Below are positions 21,213-30,000 of a stretch of DNA of 64,000 nt, piece after piece. The stretch spans positions 1,408,001-1,472,000 of the forward strand of contig OZ242374.1 of NCBI GenBank assembly GCA_965209055.1, read 5' to 3'. The translations under genes were made by a program, and so were the position numbers. Under the pieces are notes generated by a model. The model had not been told where the DNA came from. It did no database searches and was given only the letters and a program-made list of their open reading frames with translations. The stretch's first letter is position 1. Each line of letters starts with the position of its first letter. The stretch comes from Acidobacteriota bacterium (lineage in GTDB: Bacteria > Acidobacteriota > UBA6911 > RPQK01 > JAJDTT01).

Positions 21213-21268
21213 GTGCCGGTATTTTAGCTCTTTTCCGGCTGGACGGCGGCTGCTACCATCACGCTGGA

Positions 21269-22435
21269 ATGGCCAAGACGCGGGAACGGCGGCTCCCGGA
21301 GTCCGTGCAATCGCTTTGCCGCGCCGCCGCGCGCCTGCGCGACCGGGTCAAGGGCCGGACCATCAGCTTTTCGCCCAAAGTCTTCATCCCCCTGACCCGC
21401 CTCTGCCGCGACCGCTGCGGCTACTGCGCCTTCCGGAAGGATGCCAATGACGAGTTCCCACCCTACTTGACCCCGGACCAGGTTCTCACCGTCGTTCGCC
21501 GGGGGGAGGAACTGGGCTGCCGCGAGGCCCTTTTCGTTTTGGGCGACCGTCCGGAGCGCCGCTACCCGGAAGCGCGCCGCTGGCTTCGCCGGCACGGCTA
21601 CGACAGCACGATCGAGTATCTCTACGACATGTGCTCGCTGGTTTTGGCGGAGAGCCGCCTCTTCCCCCACAGCAATCCCGGCATTCTCACCCGGGGCGAG
21701 CTGGCGGCCCTGAAACAGGTCAACGTGTCCATGGGACTGATGCTGGAAAGCACGAGCCGCCGACTCTGCGAACCGGGAGGCCCGCATCATCGGAATCCAA
21801 CCAAGGACCCCCGGTTGCGACTTCGAGTGCTTCGGGACGCCGGCGAACTGAAGATCCCCTTCACCACCGGACTGCTGGTTGGAATCGGGGAAACCGCCCA
21901 GGACCGGGTGGATTCCCTTCACCAGCTCCGGCGCCTTCAGAGCCGGTACGGCCACCTGCAGGAATTCATCATCCAGAACTTCGTCCCCAAGCCGGGAACT
22001 CCCATGGCGGCAACGCCGGGTGCAACCGGCCGGGAGATGATGGAAACGCTCTCACGCGCCCGTCTGATTCTGGGCGGCTCAGCCAACCTGCAGGCGCCTC
22101 CCAATCTCTCGGCCAGCAGCCTTCGTTATCTGAATTACCTCGACGCCGGAATCAACGATTGGGGCGGCATTTCTCCGCTGACCATCGACTTCGTGAATCC
22201 CGAGGCCCCCTGGCCCCAAATCGCCGCCCTGGCCAGTCAAACCGAATCGCGCGGCTTCCGGCTCAAGGCCCGCTTTCCCGTCTATCCTGAATACATTCGG
22301 GAGCCTTCTTCATTCCTGCCGTCGGCTCTCCGCTCCCGGCTGCGGGCCGAGGCGGACCCGGACGGGTACTTCCCGGCCGCCTCCCTCCGGGCGCAGACCC
22401 CGGTTTCAGCCGTGGAGGCCGCCGGTGCCGGTTGA
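21269..22435 (+). CDS. cofG: FO synthase subunit CofG (radical SAM)
   Basis: VFIPLTRLCRDRCGYC, SMGLMLES, PFTTGLLVGIGE, QAPPNL and GINDWGGISP. Confidence 0.93.
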   Translation: MAKTRERRLPESVQSLCRAAARLRDRVKGRTISFSPKVFIPLTRLCRDRCGYCAFRKDANDEFPPYLTPDQVLTVVRRGEELGCREALFVLGDRPERRYPEARRWLRRHGYDSTIEYLYDMCSLVLAESRLFPHSNPGILTRGELAALKQVNVSMGLMLESTSRRLCEPGGPHHRNPTKDPRLRLRVLRDAGELKIPFTTGLLVGIGETAQDRVDSLHQLRRLQSRYGHLQEFIIQNFVPKPGTPMAATPGATGREMMETLSRARLILGGSANLQAPPNLSASSLRYLNYLDAGINDWGGISPLTIDFVNPEAPWPQIAALASQTESRGFRLKARFPVYPEYIREPSSFLPSALRSRLRAEADPDGYFPAASLRAQTPVSAVEAAGAG

Positions 22436-23729
22436 TCCGGAGCGGACGCTGAGCGGCGTTCGAGTCGACGTCGCCCGGATTCTGGGCAATTCGCTGGAGG
22501 GCCGCGACCTGGCGGTTCCCGACCTGGTCCGGCTGTTGGAGTGCCGGGGACCCGAGTTTCTCGCCCTCCTCCAAGCCGCCGACTCTCTGAGGCGCCGTTC
22601 CGTCGGCGACCGGGTGACCTACGTGGTCAACCGCAACATCAATTTCACCAATGTCTGCGCCAAGAAATGCAGTTTTTGCGCCTTCAGCCGAACCTACCGC
22701 AGCGACGAAGGCTATCTGCTGCCCGTGTCCGAAATTGTCCGGCGGGCCCGCGAGGCGCGCAAATTCGGCGCTACGGAGGTCTGCATCCAGGCCGGACTGC
22801 CTCCCGCCATGCCGGGTGACCTCTACATCCGCATCTGCCAGGCCGTGACCGACGCCCTGCCGGGCCTGCACGTCCACGCATTTTCGCCGGAGGAGATCTC
22901 GTACGGGTGCCAGCGCTCCGGGATGCCGGTCCGGGACTACCTGGTGGAACTCCGCGATGCGGGGATCGGCAGCCTCCCCGGCACATCCGCCGAAATCCTG
23001 GACGACGACCTGCGCGACCTCATCTCGCCCGGGCGCATCAGCAGTGAAGAATGGACCCGGGTCATTTCGACGGCCCACTCCCTCGGCATCCGGACCTCCT
23101 CCACCATGATGTTCGGCCACCTTGAAACCCCGGTCCACATTGCGCGGCACCTGGCGCACCTGAGAACCATCCAACGCCAGACCGGCGGTTTCACCGAGTT
23201 CGTACCCTTGGGCTTCGTCCACACGGAGGCGCCCCTCTACCAGAGCAGGCGGCTGCCCAATCTCCGGCCCGGTCCCACGGGCTGGGAGGTTCTGAAGGTC
23301 CACGCCGTCGCCCGGATGGCGCTGGACAAGGACATTCCCAACCTCCAGGTTTCCTGGGTCAAGGAAGGGATGAAGCTGGCGCAACTCTGCTTGGCGGCCG
23401 GCGGCAACGACCTGGGGGGGACGCTGATCAACGAGAGCATATCCACCGCCGCCGGGGCCGGCCATGGCCAACTGGTGACCCCTGAAGAGCTGCATCGCGT
23501 GATTCGCGACGCGGGCAGAGTCCCGGCGGAACGGAACACGCTCTACGGGACTCTGCGCACCTTCACCGGCGACGATGAAGACGGGCCTCATCCTCTGGAC
23601 TCCCTGCGGGACGGCGACCGGAACCGCTTCGGCTCCTATGCCCGGTTGACCCGGTCGCGGAAGTTTCGCTTCAGCCGCGGCGCCGCCCCGGGCGGGCGGA
23701 CGCGTGGGACTTTCACCGCGGAGAACTAG
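22425..23729 (+). CDS. cofH: FO synthase subunit CofH (radical SAM)
   Basis: VTYVVNRNINFTNVCAKKCSFC, PGTSAEIL, TGGFTEFVPL, QVSWVK and NDLGGTLINESIS; adjacent to cofG. Confidence 0.93.
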   Translation: MPVDPERTLSGVRVDVARILGNSLEGRDLAVPDLVRLLECRGPEFLALLQAADSLRRRSVGDRVTYVVNRNINFTNVCAKKCSFCAFSRTYRSDEGYLLPVSEIVRRAREARKFGATEVCIQAGLPPAMPGDLYIRICQAVTDALPGLHVHAFSPEEISYGCQRSGMPVRDYLVELRDAGIGSLPGTSAEILDDDLRDLISPGRISSEEWTRVISTAHSLGIRTSSTMMFGHLETPVHIARHLAHLRTIQRQTGGFTEFVPLGFVHTEAPLYQSRRLPNLRPGPTGWEVLKVHAVARMALDKDIPNLQVSWVKEGMKLAQLCLAAGGNDLGGTLINESISTAAGAGHGQLVTPEELHRVIRDAGRVPAERNTLYGTLRTFTGDDEDGPHPLDSLRDGDRNRFGSYARLTRSRKFRFSRGAAPGGRTRGTFTAEN

Positions 23730-24481
23730 CGAAACAGGTCCCGTTCCGCGGGACGCACCAGGCTCGATCCGCCGCCTGGCCCGTCTTCCAAGCTCACTCC
23801 CCGGACCAGCGCCGCCGGCACCCGGCGCCGTTTTCCCATCACCAGCTCCGCAGCGGAGGCGATTTCGTCGGCGCGGGCGATGCAGGTGGCCTCCAACGTT
23901 CGGCCGAACCCGTCTTTCCTTCCCCGATAGTCCGACAACGGCATTCCCCCCGCCATGCCGATGGCCACGTTCACCTGTCCCTCGCGCCAGGGCCGGCCGA
24001 AAGTGTCGGCAATGATCACCGCCAAGTCAGAACCCGTCGCCTCGATCAGGCAATCCCTGACGGCGGCCGCGGAGCGGTCGGGATCCTCCGGGAGCAGGGT
24101 GGCCGTTCCCTGCGGACTGTTGGAGAGATCGACACCGGCATTGGCGCACACCAACCCGTGCCTGGTTTCAGCCAGCAGGACGCCGCGATCCATCCTCACG
24201 ATCCTCCGGCTCTCGGTGAGGGCCAATTCGACCACCCTGGGATCACGGCCCCATTCACGCGCCCAGGAGTCGGCCAACGGAGACGGGGTGACCGCCGCCA
24301 GAGGCACCGTCCGCCCTTCCGCCTTGGAAACGATCTTGTGAGCCAGCACCAGAATATCCCCTGAGCGGACCCGCAATGGAATCCCCCTCAGCGCCTCCAG
24401 CAGGAGTGGACCCAGAGCGTCCCCCCGTTTCACCTCCGGGAGCCCGGGGATGGCCAGGATGCGCACGCCGCCGTCACCCAT
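23726..24481 (-). CDS. cofE: Coenzyme F420-0:L-glutamate ligase CofE (no nitroreductase domain)
   Basis: HKIVSKAEG, ANAGVDLSN, DTFGRPWREG and ADEIASAAELVMGK; start at ATG 24481. Confidence 0.93.
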   Translation of the reverse strand: MGDGGVRILAIPGLPEVKRGDALGPLLLEALRGIPLRVRSGDILVLAHKIVSKAEGRTVPLAAVTPSPLADSWAREWGRDPRVVELALTESRRIVRMDRGVLLAETRHGLVCANAGVDLSNSPQGTATLLPEDPDRSAAAVRDCLIEATGSDLAVIIADTFGRPWREGQVNVAIGMAGGMPLSDYRGRKDGFGRTLEATCIARADEIASAAELVMGKRRRVPAALVRGVSLEDGPGGGSSLVRPAERDLFR

Positions 24482-25148
24482 GTAGGCTCCACCCCTTCCC
24501 GGCCAGGCGGGCGGCGAGGCCGCTCTCGGCGAGATAGCCCCTGGTCGCCGCTCCCCCCTTTCCCTGCCAGAACCGCACCAGGTCTTCGGGGCCGTCCAGA
24601 TCCAGGCCGAACCGCGGGTTCGACAACACGGTGGCGTCAACCCGGGCGCGGCGCGCCTCTGCCAGATGCCGGCGCAGGCTGTCACGGCCGAAGCGGGACG
24701 GAAATGCATCCGGAGGCATTCTCAGCAAGGCATTGGTGCCCCGGCCGTCCCGTGAGGGCACCAGGAGCGCCGCCGGAGCGGCCAACGGACGCCCCAGCAA
24801 AGTGTCCACGTCACGCCCCTCGATGAGAGGGACGTCAACCGGCACCCTGAGAACGGTGGTTGCTCCCTGTTGGCACAGCGCGACTGTACTCTCGTCCACG
24901 GAGCGGCTCTCGGAGGTTTGGGTCCGCTCCCGAATGAACTCCCAACTGCGGCGGTCAGCGTAGGCCGCAAGCTCAGGGTCCCGGCCGGCCACCACCACCT
25001 TGTCCGGCAATCTCGCGCTCGCCAGCGCCCTGCCCACATCCTCCAACATGGCCCGGACCAGACCAGCCCTTTCCCGGCGGGACAGCCAGGGAGCCATTCT
25101 CCGTTTGGCTTGCGCCAGTTCCTTGACCGGCAACAGAACGACGTTCAT
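24474..25148 (-). CDS. cofC: CofC/FbiD guanylyltransferase (F420 side-chain precursor)
   Basis: LLPVK..AQAKRR, AMLEDV, DVPL, SRDGRGTNAL, FG.DS..H and DLD.PEDL; start at ATG 25148. Confidence 0.92.
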   Translation of the reverse strand: MNVVLLPVKELAQAKRRMAPWLSRRERAGLVRAMLEDVGRALASARLPDKVVVAGRDPELAAYADRRSWEFIRERTQTSESRSVDESTVALCQQGATTVLRVPVDVPLIEGRDVDTLLGRPLAAPAALLVPSRDGRGTNALLRMPPDAFPSRFGRDSLRRHLAEARRARVDATVLSNPRFGLDLDGPEDLVRFWQGKGGAATRGYLAESGLAARLAGKGWSLHG

Positions 25149-26125
25149 ACCAACCGCAAGAGCGCGCGTGCCAGCGCCCGTTTCGCGCTGGGGGTGTCCA
25201 TGATCGTATTTCGGACCACGACCCGCATGCCCAGACGTTCGATGGCCGGCGCGCTTCCGGCATCGCGTTCGTCCAACACGAAGACATCCAAGAGACCCCG
25301 GTAGATCCGGGCAACCCCTTCGGCCGAGACCGGATGCCCCAATTCCTCGAGCATTTTCGCCGCCGGTCCCTTGAGGGCCCGCCCGCCGACGATGGGACTG
25401 ACCGCCGCCACCAAGGCAGGACTCGACGCCACCGCCTGCCTGATACCGGGGACCGCCAGAATCGGTCCCACGCTGATGAAGGGATTGCTGGGACAGATGA
25501 CGATGATCCGGGCGTTTCGTATGGCCTTCTCCACTCCCGGGGCGGGGCGTTGTGAATCCAGACCCGTGTACTCGAATCCCCGGACCCGGGGACCGCACTT
25601 CTCCCTGACCAGGTATTCCTGGAGATGAAGGCGGCCGGCATCGGTCTCCACGAGAGTCGGCGTGTAGCCTTCGGCCATGGGCAGGACCGAGACCTCCACC
25701 CCAAGCGCTTCGCAGATATGTGCGGTCACGGCCGCCAGGCCCCAGCCCTGGTTCAACAGGGAGGTTCGCCAGAGATGGGTTGCCAGATCCTGGTCTCCCA
25801 AGCCGAACCAGGTGTCCGCACCCAAGCGGCCCAGGGCATTCAGGCAGCGGAACGTGTCTCCCTCGATGCCCCAGCCCCAGGTCCGGTTGGACAGCCCCGC
25901 CAGGGTGTAGGTGATGGTGTCGAGATCCGGGCAGATCCGCAGCCCGAAGGCCTCCAGGTCATCCCCGGTATTGACCACGACGGACAGGCGGCGTCCGAGC
26001 CCCTCCAGCGCCAAACCCCAGACCAGCTTTGCGGCACCGACGCCTCCGGCCAACGCCACCACGGGAACGGCGTCCGGCCTCGAAAACTCATCGCCGATCT
26101 CGACACGGGGAGGGGCTGGCGCCAC
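25145..26125 (-). CDS. cofD: CofD/FbiA phospholactate/PEP transferase
   Basis: LAGGVGAAK, NTGDD, PDLDT, GDQDLATH, PSNPFIS and KGPA. Confidence 0.94.
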   Translation of the reverse strand: MAPAPPRVEIGDEFSRPDAVPVVALAGGVGAAKLVWGLALEGLGRRLSVVVNTGDDLEAFGLRICPDLDTITYTLAGLSNRTWGWGIEGDTFRCLNALGRLGADTWFGLGDQDLATHLWRTSLLNQGWGLAAVTAHICEALGVEVSVLPMAEGYTPTLVETDAGRLHLQEYLVREKCGPRVRGFEYTGLDSQRPAPGVEKAIRNARIIVICPSNPFISVGPILAVPGIRQAVASSPALVAAVSPIVGGRALKGPAAKMLEELGHPVSAEGVARIYRGLLDVFVLDERDAGSAPAIERLGMRVVVRNTIMDTPSAKRALARALLRLV

Positions 26126-26131
26126 GGATCT

Positions 26132-26791
26132 TCAAAGCCCCACGACGCGGAAACGCGACCCGTGAACCCGGTATCGGCGATTGATGCCGATCAGAAGGGC
26201 GCTCATTCTCTCCAGCGTCCGCGCCACTTCGAGCGGACCGGCGTCCACCGTTCGGACTCCGGGCCATGGGCTCAGCAATTCCGCCACTTCGCACTTCCGG
26301 CGCACCGAGTTCCCGCAGACGAAGACATCGCAGTCGAGAGGAGCCGCGACCTCGCCCAGGAGGCGGGCCGGAACCGTCTTCAGCGCCGCCACCAGAGCGT
26401 CCGGATCAGGAAGAGCCGCGGCCAGTTGCTCGCTGCCGGAGGGGGCCTCCAGGGAGGCCAATCGAACCCGACCGGAGTCGAACGACACCGGCACCGTGAC
26501 ATCGACCCAGGTGGCTTCCGGCGCAGCGTGCGGTGAGCAACGGGACACGAGATCGGCGGCCGCCGCGAAAGGAGACGCCACAAAGAGAACTGCGGATCGC
26601 GCCGCCACCTCCTGGTTCAGGGCGCCCCGAATCCGGGCTCCACCCCCCAGCAGACGATTCAACTCCGACGCCGTCCCGGCCGCCCGGCTCCGCCTCCGGG
26701 ATCCGACCAGGACCTCGCACCCCGCCTTCGCAAGACGCAGTGCAATACCTCGGCCTTCCTGTCCGGTGCCGGCGAGCACACCAAGCTTCAC
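26132..26791 (-). CDS. npdG: F420H2:NADP+ oxidoreductase (Fno/NpdG)
   Basis: From GTG 26791: KLGVLAGTGQEGRGIALR, GSR, DVTVP, VDAGPL and LIGINRRY; heads the cofD-cofC-cofE operon. Confidence 0.88.
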   Translation of the reverse strand: MKLGVLAGTGQEGRGIALRLAKAGCEVLVGSRRRSRAAGTASELNRLLGGGARIRGALNQEVAARSAVLFVASPFAAAADLVSRCSPHAAPEATWVDVTVPVSFDSGRVRLASLEAPSGSEQLAAALPDPDALVAALKTVPARLLGEVAAPLDCDVFVCGNSVRRKCEVAELLSPWPGVRTVDAGPLEVARTLERMSALLIGINRRYRVHGSRFRVVGL

Positions 26792-27069
26792 AACCCGCCC
26801 TCTTTTTTGCCTGAGGCGCGGGGTCCCGACCCCGGGGTCCACGCCTGCCGGAAGCCGCATTACAGCAAAGCGCGGCCACCCCCACAAGTCTCGCGTTTCG
26901 GTGGATTTTGTCCGCCCCTGGCCACCATCGTCACGGACCCGGAAAGCTTGCGGGGGAGAGAGCGTCCGCGTAATCTCTCCAATGCGTTGATGAGTTGACG
27001 GAGCCGCTGCAGACAACATTTTCAGGGCGGCGCAACGGTTCGAACCCGGATGTTTTCGGGGTGCTGTCA

Positions 27070-30000
27070 ATGAACTCGGTAGGCGAATATCTCAAGGGCA
27101 AGACACTGTTCATCACCGGAGCCACCGGCTTCCTGGGACAGTGCCTGGTCGAGAAAATCCTCTGGGCCGTGCCCGACGTCAAGCGGGTCTATGTCCTGAT
27201 CCGCCCGCGAACGAACCTGCGCGGCGCGGTCGTGACCGCCCGGATGAGATTGGAAAGGGAACTCTGCCACGCCAGTTGCTTCGACCGGCTCCGAAGCAAG
27301 CTCGGCGGCGATTTTCCGGCCTTTCTGAAAGAGAAACTGGTCCCGGTTTCGGGCGATCTGTCCAGGGACGACCTGAACATCGACGAGGAGACCCGGAAGC
27401 GCCTTCAGGGCGAAACCGATGTCGTCATCAACAGTGCCGCCGTCGTCTCCTTCGACGCCCCGCTGGATGAGGCCTACCACCTGAATGTGCTGGGCGCTCA
27501 ACGGGTCGCCCGCTTTGCCCAGTCCTGTGACGACTGTGTCCTGGTGCACGTCTCCACCGCCTATGTGTGCGGCGCCGTCGTCGGCTCTGTTCCGGAAACG
27601 ATCCCGGAGGCTCCGGCCGGGGGCGGCGAGCCCTTTCCGGCGCGCGCCTTCAGCGACGTCGACCTGGACATCGAACGCATCGAGAAAATCCTCGACTCGG
27701 TCCGCGAGCGCGCCTATGCCCCCGAACGGGAGCGGGAATTCGCGGCGGCGCTGCTGCGGAGATTCAGGCGGTCCAAGGGGGGGCGGAACGTCCGGAGGCG
27801 GGAGAAGATCGAGAACCTCCGCAAGAAGTGGATCCAGAACGAGCTCTCCCGGGAAGGGATGAGCTGGGCTCGCGAGCGGGGCTGGAACGACACCTACACC
27901 TACACCAAGTCCATCGGCGAACGGATCGTCCTGCGCACCCGGAACGGCGCTCCCACCATCATCATTCGCCCCGCCGTCATCGAGAGCGGTTTTTCGGAGC
28001 CCAGCCCCGGATGGCTCGAAGGCCTGCGCATGGCCGACCCTCTCATCGCGGCCATCGGCAAGGGCCGACTCCGGGCCCTGCCCCTGAGCCCCAAGGTCAT
28101 CATCGACCTGGTGCCCGTGGATATGGTGGTGAACGCGCTGCTGGCGGCCCTTCCCGCCGTCTCGAACGCGACCGGTGTCCAGATCTACCAGGTGGCCACC
28201 GGATCCTGCAATCCCATCACTTTGGGCTACCTCTACGATCTCATCTACCGCTATTTCAAAAGAAATCCCATGTTCGACAAGGCGGGGCGGCCCATCAACA
28301 TTCGCTACCTCCGCTTCCCGAAGCCGGCCATTTTCCGATTGCAACATCGACTCAAGGCGCTGCCGCTGAACCTGGTGTCGGGCGCCTTGGACAAGCTCTC
28401 CGCACTCGACTCGCCGGGCGGCGTCCAGCGCTACAAGCGGCGCCTTTCGGCGCTGACGGCCGCGCACGAAAAACTCTACTACTACGGAGAAATCTACGAA
28501 CCGTATCTGAACCTGAATTGCCGCTTCGGAATCGAGAACACGATGGGCCTGCTGGACACCATGTCCCAGGAGGAGCGGGAGGCCTTCAACTTCGACGTGA
28601 CGCGGCTGAACTGGCGCCACTACATTCAGAACATCCACATCCCGGGAGTCAAAAAATTCATTTTGAAGATGGAGGGAGCCGGCACGCTGGAGCCGAACGT
28701 CCAACCGTCCGGCGAAGGCGGATCGGTCTCGACCATCAACGACCTCCTCGCTTACAGCGTATCCCGATACTCCGCGAAGACCGCGCTGCAAATGCAGCGC
28801 AACGGCGAGTGGATCCGCTATACCTACTCGGATCTTCAGCGCCTGACCGCGACCGTCGGCCGGCAACTCCGGTCCGAAGGCCTCGTCAAAGGAGATCGAG
28901 TGGTGCTCTTCGCGGAGAACCAACCGGACTGGGGTGTCGCATACCTCGGGGCGGCCTCTCAAGGACTCGTCGTCGTTCCCCTCGATTCCCAGTCGTGGCA
29001 CCGTGAGGTCTGGTCCGTCGCCCGCTTCACAGGAGCCCGGGCCATCCTGGCTTCGGCACGTTCCCTCGAGCGGTTGCCCCCTGAGAGCATGGCGCGGAAT
29101 GAATCCGGCGAGGCCCCGATCCGACTCCTGAACATCAACGAGTTGGCCCAACCGTTCGGCCTCCCGCAATACCCGCGCAGCACCGGCGCCGTGGAACCCG
29201 CTTCCCCGCCCGCCGGCGGCCGCCCGGTGGAGGTCGACGCCGGGGACCCGGCTTCCATCATCTTCACCACGACCACGGCAGCCGACCCCAAGGGCGCCGT
29301 TCACACGCACTCCAGCTTCCTGAGCAATCTCCACGGCATGAACCGCTACCTGGCGGCGGAGCAGACGGATCAGATCCTGTCGGTGCTCCCTCTCTACCAT
29401 GCTCTGGAGTTCACCTGCGGCTTTCTTTCCCCCCTGTTTGGCGGCGCGACCGTCACCTACCTGCACTCCCTGAAGCCAAGAGTCATCCTGAAGACCATGA
29501 GGGACACGGGCACCACCTGCATGTTGGGCGTCCCCAGTCTCTACGCGCTGATCCGCGACGACATCAACCGGCGCACACTGCGCGCCTCAAAGTCGTCCTT
29601 GAAGTCCAACCTGGTGGCCAGGTCGCGCCAACTCAGCAAGTCCATCGACAAGACTTTCGGGAAGAACCTGGGCCGGCAGATTTTCGCCCGGGTGCACCAG
29701 GAATTCGGGGGCAGGATCCGAGCCTTCGTCAGTGGCGGCTCTTCTCTCGGAGATGAACTCTACGACGACTTCAAGGCCCTGGGGCTGACGATCTACGAGG
29801 GCTACGGGCTCACCGAGACCGCGCCGGTCCTCACGGTCAACCCGCTGAATCGAAGCCGCCGCGGCTCGGCAGGCAAGCCTTTGCCCGGGACCGAGTTGCG
29901 GATTTTTCAGGCCGACGACCGGGGAGAAGGGGAGATCATCGTCCGTACGCCCAGCCTCATGCAGGGTTACTACAAGAATCCGGAAGCGACCCGGGCCGTG

